Positions 36,666-46,222 of a DNA stretch of 64,000 nucleotides are shown piece by piece (position 1 is the stretch's first letter; each line of letters opens with the position of its first letter). Source of the DNA: Capsulimonadaceae bacterium. Lineage in GTDB: Bacteria > Armatimonadota > Armatimonadia > Armatimonadales > Capsulimonadaceae. Below the pieces are notes generated by a model. It ran no database searches and was not told the origin of the DNA. It worked only from the letters and a program-made list of their open reading frames with translations. The position numbers and the translations under genes were made by a program. The stretch spans positions 2,880,001-2,944,000 of the forward strand of contig OZ244065.1 of the NCBI GenBank assembly GCA_965215505.1, read 5' to 3'.

Positions 36666-36683
36666 GACGAGGATCAGACAAAG

Positions 36684-36715
36684 GAAGGGCGCGGACCATA
36701 CGGTCCGCGCCCTTC
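36684..36715. terminator. Intrinsic terminator between convergent genes
   Basis: 14-bp stem GAAGGGCGCGGACC/GGTCCGCGCCCTTC. Confidence 0.7.
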
Positions 36716-36739
36716 TTCCGTCTTCCCCGGCGTCCCCTG

Positions 36740-37087
36740 CTAGGCCCCCCCGAACTCCTCGCCCAGCCCCACGGCCTGCCGCTGCTCGGACAGGATGTGC
36801 GCGGGGACCTGCTTCAAGAAGAAGTTGCCGGCGAACAGGACGATGCCGATGTCATCCAGGGCGCCGATGACCGGGATGAAGTTCGGCAGGTTCAGCGGGC
36901 TGACCGCGAAGACCAGCGCGCCCACCAAAATGGCTTTCGGCAGGACGGGGATGCGCGGGTCCAGCAGCAGGCGGCGGAACAACTGGAACTGCTTGGGGGC
37001 GGTCTGCGCCAGCGTCACCGCCGCCTTCCAGCCGCCGACGCGCCGGGTCATCTGAAATATGCGTAGGACTTGTTTCCAGAGGTTCAT
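36740..37087 (-). CDS. YkvA/DUF1232 family membrane protein
   Basis: DPRIP...SPLNLPNFIPVIGALDD. Confidence 0.85.
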   Translation of the reverse strand: MNLWKQVLRIFQMTRRVGGWKAAVTLAQTAPKQFQLFRRLLLDPRIPVLPKAILVGALVFAVSPLNLPNFIPVIGALDDIGIVLFAGNFFLKQVPAHILSEQRQAVGLGEEFGGA

Positions 37088-37266
37088 TTGTTGGCTCCTT
37101 TGTGTGACAAACGCGACATGCTAGGGCATTAAGCCCGTTCTATGAACACCGCATGCGCCGATTTGTTCCGTAGCAAGACAGTATTTTGCATCGCGGGTTC
37201 GATGCGCCGTATTTACCCGCGCCCGGCGTCCTTAAATCGCCGCGCGTTGGCAGCGGGGGCAGATCA

Positions 37267-37421
37267 GGAGGGGAAAGGCGAACACGGAGGGGAAGGGGGA
37301 ACACAAGGTTCGCCCCTACATGACGGGAAAAGAGGGCACAATAGGACAAGAGGGCGCGATGAATCGCGCCCCTACGGGGCAAGCAGACAGGATGTACGGA
37401 CGGGCGAACCTTGTTCGCCCT
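37267..37421. repeat. Cluster of GTAG-type REPs
   Basis: GAACACAAGGTTCGCCCCTAC, AGGGCGCGATGAATCGCGCCCCTAC, GGGCGAACCTTGTTCGCCCT. Confidence 0.8.
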
Positions 37422-37496
37422 CATCCCGCCCTCCCTCTGCAACTCCATCACACCTAGAAACGCACGCCGCGCGCCCATATCGGGTACATTGGGTGC

Positions 37497-37967
37497 ATGA
37501 GCAACACCACTAACCAAACCGCCACAGAGCGGGCCGAAGCACTGCTGACGCGCTGGGAACAGCGCCTGAGCCAGTCCGGCAAACAAACGCCCCCGGCCAC
37601 GACGGAGGGCACGACCGAAGCCGAGAGCGCGGTCCAGCGGGCGGAGGCCCTACTGGGGGGCAAGGGGGCGAAGGCTGAAGGCCCGGAGAGCAGTGGCCCG
37701 AAGAGCAGCGGGCGGGGGCTGATGGGGGCGGCGGCGCACGTCTATGTCGCCCTGGCGGCCAAGACCGGCGAGGTCGTCACCCCCGTCGTCAAGAACTGGC
37801 AGGCGAGCGTGGACGAGGCGAGGCGCGAGCAGGAGCAGAAGGCAGCCCAAGACCCGAACAAACCCAACGCACAGCAGGAAGGCTCAGACGAGAAGGAAGG
37901 CGAAAAGGCCCTGGGGAAGACGGCGGACGCGACGGCCGAGGCCGCAGGCACGGCGGCGGGGGCGTAA
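37497..37967 (+). CDS. Hypothetical hydrophilic protein
   Basis: 156-aa ORF with coding-like codon use; repeated RAEALL motif. Confidence 0.6.
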   Translation: MSNTTNQTATERAEALLTRWEQRLSQSGKQTPPATTEGTTEAESAVQRAEALLGGKGAKAEGPESSGPKSSGRGLMGAAAHVYVALAAKTGEVVTPVVKNWQASVDEARREQEQKAAQDPNKPNAQQEGSDEKEGEKALGKTADATAEAAGTAAGA

Positions 37968-38038
37968 CGTCACCTCCCGGCCCGGCAAGCGGCGGGGCGT
38001 CCGGGCCGCCGTAAAACGGCAGGCAGGAGGGGTGGGAC

Positions 38039-39928
38039 ATGCCTCGGAGCGAAGCGCGGAACGGGCGGAAGACAGAGGGCGGCCCGGCACCCGCCCCGCT
38101 GCCCCTGCGGAAGCGGTGGGCCAAGTTCAGGGCCGACTCGCGGACGACGTTCGCCGGCCTGCCGCGCGCCTTCGGGCTGGTCTGGAGGGCGAACCGGGGG
38201 TTCACCGTCAGCCTGGCCTTGTTCGCCGTCATCGGGGGCGTCATCCCGGTGGCGACGGCGTGGGTCAGCAAGCTGCTGATTGATGCCGTGGTGGCCGCCG
38301 CGAGCCGGGGCGGCGGGCCGGGCTGGGTTCGCTGGGTGCTGGTCCTGGTGGCGGCGCAGTTCGGGCTGTACCTGGCGGGTTCCCTACTCCAGGCGTTGCA
38401 GTCGGTCACGCAGCAGGCCTTGCAAGAATTGACCGGCGACCACGTCCAACTCACGATCATGGAACACGCGAATAGGCTGGACCTGGCCTTCTTTGAAGAG
38501 CCGAAGTTTTACGACACCCTCCAAGAAGCCCAGCGGGAGGCATCCCAGCGGCCCCTCGGCATGGTGCAGCAGGTCTTCAACATCACACGCTCTTCGATCA
38601 CCTTCCTCTCGATGGTCGCCCTGATGGCGCGGCTCGGGTGGATCGTCGCCGCCGTAGCCCTGATCGCGCCGGTTCCCAGTTTCATCGCCTCGACCCGCTA
38701 CGGCTGGCGCGGCTACTGGATGGCGCGGCGGCAGTCCTCCGACCGGCGGCTGATGCTCTACTTCGCGGACCTCTTGACCAAGGACACTTACCACAAGGAG
38801 ATCAAGCTGTTCGGGTTGGGCGAGCATTTCACCGACCGCTGGAAGGTGATCGCCGACCGCTTCTACCGGGAGCATTTGGCCCTGCTGACGCGCCGCTCGG
38901 CCATGGGCTTCCTGTGGGGCAGCCTGACGACCCTGGTGACCAGCGGGACCTTTTTGTATGTTGCCCTCCAGGCCATCGCGCGGCGGCTGACCTTGGGCGA
39001 CCTGACGCTCTACACGCAGGCGGTCAGCGGCGTCCAGTCCAGCTTTCAGGGGATATTGGGCGGCGTTTCCTCGCTGTACGAGGGCGGCCTGTATCTCAAC
39101 AACCTGTTCGAGTTTTTAGATTACGAGCCGAAGATCCGCGACCGACCGGACGCCGTCCCGCTCCGGTTCCCTCTGCACGAAGGCATCGAGTTCCGGGGTG
39201 TCAGCTTTACCTACCCCGGCAAGGACGCGCCGGCCCTGCGCGACGTCAGCTTCCGGGTGGCCCTGGACGAAACCGTGGCCCTTGTAGGCCAGAACGGGGC
39301 GGGCAAGACCACCATCGTCAAGCTGCTCACGCGGCTGTACGACCCCGATGAGGGCCAGATCCTGGTCAACGGCCGGGACATCCGCGAGTACGAGCTGGCG
39401 AGCCTGCACGCGGCCATCGGCGTCATCTTCCAGGACTACGTCACCTACTTTTTCAGCGCGGGGGAGAACATCGGCGTCGGGCGGCTGGCCGACATGGGGG
39501 ACCGCGTTCGGGTGAAAGCGGCGGCGGCCCGGAGCGGGGCGGACGCGGTCATCGCGCGGCTGCCGAGCGGCTACGACACGACGCTGGGCCGGTGGTTCGA
39601 CGAGGGCTTTCAGCTTTCGGGGGGCGAGTGGCAGAAGGTGGCCCTTGCCCGCGCCTTCATGCGCGACGCCGAGGTGCTGATCCTCGACGAGCCGACGGCG
39701 AGCCTGGACGCCCGCGCCGAGTACGAGATCTTCGCCCGGATGCAGGCTTTGACCGAGGGGAAGATGGGCTTGTTCATCAGCCACCGCTTCAGCACCGTGC
39801 GCCTGGCCGACCGAATCCTGGTGCTGGGAGGTGGGCAGATCAGCGAGGACGGCACGCACGAGGAGTTGCTCGCGCTGGGCGGCACCTACGCCGAATTGTT
39901 TAACCTTCAGGCCGCCGCCTACCGGTGA
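38039..39928 (+). CDS. ABC transporter, fused permease/ATP-binding protein
   Basis: TM domain; GQNGAGKT, LSGGEWQK, ILDEPT, ISHR. Confidence 0.93.
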   Translation: MPRSEARNGRKTEGGPAPAPLPLRKRWAKFRADSRTTFAGLPRAFGLVWRANRGFTVSLALFAVIGGVIPVATAWVSKLLIDAVVAAASRGGGPGWVRWVLVLVAAQFGLYLAGSLLQALQSVTQQALQELTGDHVQLTIMEHANRLDLAFFEEPKFYDTLQEAQREASQRPLGMVQQVFNITRSSITFLSMVALMARLGWIVAAVALIAPVPSFIASTRYGWRGYWMARRQSSDRRLMLYFADLLTKDTYHKEIKLFGLGEHFTDRWKVIADRFYREHLALLTRRSAMGFLWGSLTTLVTSGTFLYVALQAIARRLTLGDLTLYTQAVSGVQSSFQGILGGVSSLYEGGLYLNNLFEFLDYEPKIRDRPDAVPLRFPLHEGIEFRGVSFTYPGKDAPALRDVSFRVALDETVALVGQNGAGKTTIVKLLTRLYDPDEGQILVNGRDIREYELASLHAAIGVIFQDYVTYFFSAGENIGVGRLADMGDRVRVKAAAARSGADAVIARLPSGYDTTLGRWFDEGFQLSGGEWQKVALARAFMRDAEVLILDEPTASLDARAEYEIFARMQALTEGKMGLFISHRFSTVRLADRILVLGGGQISEDGTHEELLALGGTYAELFNLQAAAYR

Positions 39929-39951
39929 AACAAAGCCGGAGACAAAGAACG

Positions 39952-39979
39952 GGCCGCTCCCCCGGTTGGGGGAGCGGCC
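39952..39979. terminator. Hairpin between convergent genes
   Basis: GGCCGCTCCCCC-ggtt-GGGGGAGCGGCC. Confidence 0.6.
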
Positions 39980-40003
39980 TCGTCGGGCGCGGGGCGCGGG
40001 CCA

Positions 40004-40606
40004 CTACTTCAAGGTGTGCAGGTACATATAGATGCTGGCCGCCTGGGTCGGCGTCATCGGCGGGGGCATGTTCCTCCCACCGGGGCCGCCGGGGCCTCCG
40101 GGCCGCATGCCGCCCGGACGCATCCCGCCGGGAGGGGGACCGCCGGGGCCGCCCATTCCGCCGGGAGGCGGGCCGCCATCCGGCCCGCCGGGGCGCATCC
40201 CGTCAGGCGGTCCGCCGGGACCTCCGGGACGCATTCCGCCGGGACGCATACCGGGACGCATCCGCATCATTCCCGCGCCGTAGGCGGGCATGGGGGGCTT
40301 GACGTGGCCGCCGTCAGGCGTGATGCCGGTGAGCAGCATGTGGACGAAGCTGGCCTGCTTGTATTCTTTGAGGCTGGCGTTCGGGTACAAGCTGGGCGAG
40401 AAGCCCTGCCGGCCGGCCAGGTTCGGCGCGTGGCACCGGTTGCAGCCGTACTGGCCGACGAGGGCCTTGCCCTGGGTGGCCGAGGCGACCAGGACCGGCT
40501 TCGGCGGCGTCTTGGCGGCGGCGGGGGTGTGGCCGGCATAGAAAAGTGCGGAGGCGAGCGCAATAGTCGCCCCAGCGGCGACCTTCGGGAAGAGAGACGT
40601 GTTCAC
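40004..40606 (-). CDS. Monoheme c-type cytochrome with Pro/Gly/Met-rich insertion
   Basis: Signal peptide, CNRCH heme motif, PPMP axial Met, C-terminal IYMYLHTL helix; GTG start after GAAAGGGG. Confidence 0.8.
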   Translation of the reverse strand: MNTSLFPKVAAGATIALASALFYAGHTPAAAKTPPKPVLVASATQGKALVGQYGCNRCHAPNLAGRQGFSPSLYPNASLKEYKQASFVHMLLTGITPDGGHVKPPMPAYGAGMMRMRPGMRPGGMRPGGPGGPPDGMRPGGPDGGPPPGGMGGPGGPPPGGMRPGGMRPGGPGGPGGRNMPPPMTPTQAASIYMYLHTLK

Positions 40607-40700
40607 GGATGAATCCCCTTTCGGCATGTGAATGTCGCTATAGTACCTGATCGCCGGTTTTTTATCCCTGTATGCTAAGATTTTATCTCTGTTCGCTGTT

Positions 40701-41551
40701 TACACCCAAACGCTGGGAATGCGCCTGGTCAAGAAGACGGTCAACCAGGACGACGTTTCGGCCCTCCACCTATTCTACGGCGACTCGGTGGGTCATACGG
40801 GCACCGAGATGACCTTCTTTGATTGGCGTCAGGCCGCCCCCAACCGGGATGGCGTCGGCGCGATCTCGGCGACTGCCCTGCGCGTCAGCGGCCCCGAGGC
40901 ACTGGCCTAGTGGCAGGCGCATTTCGACAGCCTCGGCGTCCCGCACGGCGGGATCGTGGAGGTCGCGGGCCGCCGGACACTGCGCTTCACTGACCCGGAG
41001 GGGCAGGCCTTGAGCCTGGTCGCGGACGGCGGGGCGGCGGGCGGCACGCCCTGGGACAGGAGCGCGGTCCCCGTAGAACAGGGCATCCGGAGCCTAGACG
41101 GCGTGACCCTGACCGTGCGCCGTCTCGCCCGGACGGCGGACGTGCTGGTGGATGCTCTTGGCTTTCGCCGAACGCGCGAATACCAGACGGAAGCGGGCCG
41201 GCCGGTGGTTGTCTTTGAAGCGGGGACGAGAGGCCCGACCTTCCGCCGGTGCGGCCGGGCGCGGGCGGCATCCACCATGTCGCCTTCCGCACCCCCGGCG
41301 TCACGGAGCAGCAGGAATGGCGGCGGTGTCTGGTCAGGGCGGGATTGGCGGTTTCCGAACAGATCGATCGGTACTATTTCCAGTCGCTCTACTTCCGGGA
41401 GCCGAACGGCATCCTTTTCGAGATCGGCACCGTCGGCCCCGGCTTCGCCACCGACGAGGACCCGGCGCATCTGGGCGAGCGCCTGGCCCTGCCGCCGTTC
41501 CTGGAACCGCGCCGCGCGCAGATCGAGGCGGGCCCGCGGCCGTTAGGGTGA
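40701..41551 (+). pseudogene. Ring-cleaving dioxygenase (VOC/MhqO-like) pseudogene
   Basis: YTQTLGMRLVKKTVNQDD...HLFYGD; in-frame TAG at 40908; frameshift near 41240; [29 protein letters not shown]; 5' end missing. Confidence 0.88.
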
Positions 41552-41795
41552 GGCATGCCGCGGTTTCAACCCGTGGCATTTTGCGACATTTGCGAGACGT
41601 TTACGCACAGGCAACGGCCATCCATGTCGGCTCTTACCCTTCTCAGCGCATTCTTCCGCCGCTGTTAACGGCTTCTCCGTGCGTATCCCGTGCCGCCGTT
41701 AGCGAACACTGCCCCCTAGACCAGACACCCCGAACCTGCCATAATAAAATCACGTTGCCGAAATTGACGGCGACAACCAAAGCAGCGTACAAGAG

Positions 41796-41826
41796 AGCGA
41801 CGACCCGAGGGGTCGCCGCTTTTTTT
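41796..41826 (+). terminator. Intrinsic terminator
   Basis: AGCGACGACCC-gag-GGGTCGCCGC followed by T7. Confidence 0.75.
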
Positions 41827-41847
41827 GCGTCTGCACCTTACCGCGCC

Positions 41848-43182
41848 TCAAGCGGCGGCCTCTACTGGGACAGGCGGCAGCGTCTCTAGTGCCGCCTCGG
41901 GAGCCTCCTCCAATCCGGCCTTCTTCCCGTCCAGCAGGCAGGTGACGGTCATGTCGCCCATGACATTGATTGCCGTCCGGCAGCGGTCCAGGAACCAGTC
42001 CAGGGGCAGCAGCAGGGGGATGTACTCGGTCGGAAGGTGGACGGCGGTGAAGACGGCAAGCATCGTCACCAGCCCCGCTTCGGGGATGCCCGCCGCGCCG
42101 ACCGAGGCCAAAATCGCCATGAAGACGACCACCACCTGCTGCCCCAGGCCCAGGTGCAGGCCCAGGGCCTGCCCGATGAACAGGGCCGCCATCGCCTCAT
42201 ACAAGGCCGTCCCGTCGTGGTTGAACGTGCCGCCCACCATGACCCCCAGCCCCGCCGAAGCCTCCCGTACCTTCATTCCGTCCTTCACGGCCGCATAGGT
42301 CACCGGCAAAGTCGCCGCGCTGCTGGCCGTGGAGAAGGCCATCATCAGGGCGTCCGATCCCGCCGCCAGGAACTTGCCGGGACGGACCCAGGAGCCGAGC
42401 CGCAGGCGGGCCATGTAGAAGACGGCCTGGAGGGCGAGTGCCAACAGGACGGCGATGACGAACACGCCCATGGACAGCAGGGGCCGGATGCCGGACGTCC
42501 CGACGGTCCGGGCGACGACCGAGAAGACGGCCAATGGGACCAGATCGAAGATCCAGTGCAGCATGACCATGACGCACTGGAACGAGGTGTCCAGGAAGCT
42601 TTCTACGCCCCGGTAGCCCGTCACGCCCTCGGCGCTCTGCCGGACGCGCACGATCCGCAGGGCGCTCCCGAGGGCGACGGCGATGATGATGATGGAGATG
42701 ATCTCGTTGTGCAGGAACGGGTCAATCAGGTTCGCCGGGATCTTGTCCAGCATGTCATGGACGGGGTTAAAAGGCGCGGCGGTCAGCGTCCCTCCGGGCG
42801 GCGCGAGGTGCGCCCAGTGGCCGGGCCGGATGATGTTAGCAACCAGCAGCCCGATCAGGATGGCGGCGACGGTGTTTGTAATCAGAAAAAAGAACAGGCG
42901 CGCGCCCGTCTTCCCGCTGACGTCCGCTTTCATCAGGGCGTGGATCACGGCGACCAGGATAAGCGGGGTCGCCAGCAGCCGCAGGAGCTGCAAGACGATG
43001 TCGCTGAAGGGCTTGAAGACGACGGCCCTCGCCCCCATCAGCTCGCCCACCAGGATGCCCAGGGCCAGAGAGATGAGGATGCGGATGTACAAGGGGATGC
43101 GCCGATACCAGGCGAGGCGGTCGGCGGGCGCGGCCTCGCCCGGAGGCATGACGGGATGGGATGGGACGGCAGGACTGGACAT
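41848..43182 (-). CDS. Dicarboxylate/amino acid:cation symporter (DAACS)
   Basis: AFSTASSAATLP, FNHDGTALY, DWFLDRCRTAINVMGD. Confidence 0.93.
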   Translation of the reverse strand: MSSPAVPSHPVMPPGEAAPADRLAWYRRIPLYIRILISLALGILVGELMGARAVVFKPFSDIVLQLLRLLATPLILVAVIHALMKADVSGKTGARLFFFLITNTVAAILIGLLVANIIRPGHWAHLAPPGGTLTAAPFNPVHDMLDKIPANLIDPFLHNEIISIIIIAVALGSALRIVRVRQSAEGVTGYRGVESFLDTSFQCVMVMLHWIFDLVPLAVFSVVARTVGTSGIRPLLSMGVFVIAVLLALALQAVFYMARLRLGSWVRPGKFLAAGSDALMMAFSTASSAATLPVTYAAVKDGMKVREASAGLGVMVGGTFNHDGTALYEAMAALFIGQALGLHLGLGQQVVVVFMAILASVGAAGIPEAGLVTMLAVFTAVHLPTEYIPLLLPLDWFLDRCRTAINVMGDMTVTCLLDGKKAGLEEAPEAALETLPPVPVEAAA

Positions 43183-43329
43183 GGGATTTGTCTCCTCTCG
43201 GTTCCTTTGCATTATACCATCGGTTTTTCTAATATAGCATATTGTAATAAAAAATAATACTAAATGAATATCGCCTGTGCTATCGGGTAATATAAGAGCC
43301 TACCGATCAGGATACAAACGGAGACTCCG

Positions 43330-44355
43330 ATGCACGGCGATGAAGAATCAGGCGACAAGCAGGGCGACGCGGCGGGGGCGGAGTCGCCCTCCGCCATTTC
43401 ACTGCGGGACCGGAAGCTCAAAAAGGTCCGGAAGATATTCGGCGTTACCGCCCAGCAGCTCGCGGCCCTGGCTCAGTTCGCGCCCTCGGTCGTCTCCCAG
43501 GTCGAAACCGGGCGTCGGCAGTTGAGCGACGAGACGCGCGAAAAGATCTGCCGGGCTTTGGGCTTCCCGGACTACGTCTGGGGGCGGCCGTGGCTGTTCG
43601 AGGAGGTCACGTTTGTACGCAAGGCGACTTATGACGCCCTCCCCGCCTCGGTGCCGTCCGGCCTGCGGGATGTCCGCCCGACGCGGACCTGGAACGCGGA
43701 AAAGCAGGACTGGGTGCGCTACAATGCCCACCCGACCATGGTCACGAATGCCCTCTATGCGTTCCTCAGCATGGAAGAACTCCAGGAGCATGAGCGGCCC
43801 CGGCCCTCCTCCGAGCCGTTCAGCGTGTTCGAGGGCGGGGCGATGCAGCTCAGTCTCCTGGAATTCTCCGTGGACAGCCTGGACCGGCTGGTCATTGACG
43901 CCCATGAGGGGGAAGAAGTATATTATGTGATGGAGGGGAACATCGACCTCGCCATCATGGAGCGCCCGCCCCAGGATTTAGCTCCGAAAGAGGATCGCGA
44001 CGACTTCCCGCTCAAGCGCCAGCGCTACTTCCGGTCGGACGTGACGGGCCGGGTGAAGGTAGAGGCGCAGGCCTTAGACCTGCTCCGCGAGGAACACCCG
44101 AAGCTGGAAAACTGGCTGGACCAATTTGAACCCGTCCGCAGCCCGCTCTATGAAGGGCGGTTCTGCGAGGTCCCCTGCGAGATCTTTTCGCTCGGACCGG
44201 GCGACATCGTGCGGGTGAACTCGAAATGGCCCCACGGCGGGTTTGCACGAGTGAACGGGGGAAGCGGTCCGCGCGCCCGCGCCCTGTTTACGGTCACAGG
44301 GAGCTATTTCGCCGAGACGGTTCAGGAGGATACGCAGGGCCGCGCTCGTTCTTGA
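43330..44355 (+). CDS. XRE-family HTH regulator with cupin domain
   Basis: LKKVRKIFGVTAQQLA...VSQVETGRR; HEGEEVYYVMEG and LGPGDIVRVNSKWPH cupin motifs. Confidence 0.78.
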   Translation: MHGDEESGDKQGDAAGAESPSAISLRDRKLKKVRKIFGVTAQQLAALAQFAPSVVSQVETGRRQLSDETREKICRALGFPDYVWGRPWLFEEVTFVRKATYDALPASVPSGLRDVRPTRTWNAEKQDWVRYNAHPTMVTNALYAFLSMEELQEHERPRPSSEPFSVFEGGAMQLSLLEFSVDSLDRLVIDAHEGEEVYYVMEGNIDLAIMERPPQDLAPKEDRDDFPLKRQRYFRSDVTGRVKVEAQALDLLREEHPKLENWLDQFEPVRSPLYEGRFCEVPCEIFSLGPGDIVRVNSKWPHGGFARVNGGSGPRARALFTVTGSYFAETVQEDTQGRARS

Positions 44356-44428
44356 GATACCGGCCATTCATGGCCGGTGCCTCTTCCCCCGGCAGGAGAA
44401 GCGCCCCACCCCGCCGAACAACCCCCGA

Positions 44429-45646
44429 ATGACACCCAAAGGGCTGACACCCAAGCGGCGCGTCCTCCTCCTGATCTGGCTGATGATGGCGGTCGCCTAC
44501 CTCGACCGGACCAACATCACCGTGGCCGGGCCGACCATGATGGCCGACCTGCACCTCAGCCACGCCCGGTTCGGGTGGGTGCTGGCCGCCTTCACCTTCG
44601 GCTACGCGCTGATGCAGATACCGGGCGGTTGGCTGGCCGACCGCATCGGGTCGCGCCCGCTGCTCATCGCCGCCCTCCTGATCTGGTCCGTCTTCACCGC
44701 GCTGACCGGCCTGACGGGCGCACTCGTCCCGCTGCTGGCCGTCCGCGCCCTGTTCGGGGTCGGGGAGGGGATCGAGAACGGGGCGCAGTTCAAGCTGATC
44801 GGCGACCACTTCGCCGCGCGGGAGCGGTCGGCGGCGACCGCCTTCTTCCTGACCGCCCTGCCGCTCGGCCCGGCCCTCGGTGCGCCGGTCGTGAGCTGGC
44901 TGCTGGGCCGGACCGGGTGGCACGCCATGTTCCTCTGGTTCGCGCTGCCCGGCCTGCTCGTCGCGCTCCTGCTGTTTTGTTTCTTGCCGAGGCAGGCGCG
45001 TGAGGTGGTGCATACCGAGGTCCGGGGCGAAACGGGGCGGGAATTAGGCTGGGGCGATGCGCTGAAGCGGCAATCTTCGTGGCTGACGTTTGCCGCTTAC
45101 GGCTTCTTCAACGTCGCCTTCTGGGGGTTCATCGGCTGGATGCCGACCTACCTCAGCCAGAGCCGCCACATCGAACTAAAGTCGCTGGGGCCGCTCGCCT
45201 CTGTCCCCTACCTCTGCGGCTTCGTGGGCATGGTGGTCATCGGCAGGCTTGGCGCGGGAGTCTTCTTCGGCCGCCGGGCCGCGCTCATCGCCGCGAGCTA
45301 TGGGTTCGCCGCCGTGTTCCTCTGCGTGACCTTCACAGCGACCAACATCCCCCGTTGCCTCGCGGGCCTGTCACTGGCCGCCTTCTTCCTTTACGGCGGC
45401 TTCGGCCCATTCTGGGCGGTCGCGCTGGACCTGACCCCGGACCGGATGCGCGGGGCGTTCACGGGCTTCGTCAACATGGGCGGGCAGATCGGCGGGTTCC
45501 TCGCGCCCATCGTCGTCGGCGCGCTCGTGACGCGGACAAAATCGTTCACCGACGGCTTTCTGTTCATGACGGCCGCGCTCGTTCTGGCCTCCATTTGCCT
45601 GCTCCGGCTGCAAACGGCGGAACTTTCGGGCAAAGAAGGCCGTTAG
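44429..45646 (+). CDS. MFS transporter (ACS-like)
   Basis: AYLDRTNI, GGWLADRIGSR, ~12 TM segments. Confidence 0.92.
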   Translation: MTPKGLTPKRRVLLLIWLMMAVAYLDRTNITVAGPTMMADLHLSHARFGWVLAAFTFGYALMQIPGGWLADRIGSRPLLIAALLIWSVFTALTGLTGALVPLLAVRALFGVGEGIENGAQFKLIGDHFAARERSAATAFFLTALPLGPALGAPVVSWLLGRTGWHAMFLWFALPGLLVALLLFCFLPRQAREVVHTEVRGETGRELGWGDALKRQSSWLTFAAYGFFNVAFWGFIGWMPTYLSQSRHIELKSLGPLASVPYLCGFVGMVVIGRLGAGVFFGRRAALIAASYGFAAVFLCVTFTATNIPRCLAGLSLAAFFLYGGFGPFWAVALDLTPDRMRGAFTGFVNMGGQIGGFLAPIVVGALVTRTKSFTDGFLFMTAALVLASICLLRLQTAELSGKEGR

Positions 45647-45652
45647 AGAAGA

Positions 45653-46222
45653 ATGATTCGCCCGAGACTTCTACCCATCCGACTGTCCACGCCGGTAGAA
45701 CGTCTGCCTCTCGGGCCGTTCTGGGCCGCTCTCCTCTGGCCGTTCGGCGCGTTCCTGCTCCTGGCTCTCTGCACCCAACTGACCTGGCCGAGCCACGCCG
45801 TCCACCGCGCCGGCGACTTCGGCAGCCACACCCTCTATCAGTCGTTCATGGGCATCGCCGCCGCGCTGCTGATTTGGCGCGCGCTCCGCACCGGCCCCAA
45901 GCGCCTCCTGTGGTGGCCCCCCGCCGTCGCCGCCGGCACGGGGCTGTGCGTGGAAGTTTTGAAGCGGGCCACCCACCTGCCGCGCCCCGACGGCGACCCG
46001 ACCGGCTTCCCCAGCGGCCACACGACGTTTTCCTTTGCCATCGCTTGGCTGCTGACCCGGACCCACCCCAAGCTCGCCCCGCTCTGGTACGTCGTTGCCG
46101 TCGGCATCGGCTGGTCGCGGGTGGAGGGTGAGGCCCACTTCCCCTATCAGGTGCTTTGCGGGGCGGCTTTGGGGACGCTGCTGGCCTGGGCCATCAGCCG
46201 TTTCCTTCCAGCGCGGCGGTGA
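45653..46222 (+). CDS. PAP2 family phosphatase
   Basis: KRATHLPRP, FPSGH, SRVEGEAHFPYQV. Confidence 0.88.
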   Translation: MIRPRLLPIRLSTPVERLPLGPFWAALLWPFGAFLLLALCTQLTWPSHAVHRAGDFGSHTLYQSFMGIAAALLIWRALRTGPKRLLWWPPAVAAGTGLCVEVLKRATHLPRPDGDPTGFPSGHTTFSFAIAWLLTRTHPKLAPLWYVVAVGIGWSRVEGEAHFPYQVLCGAALGTLLAWAISRFLPARR

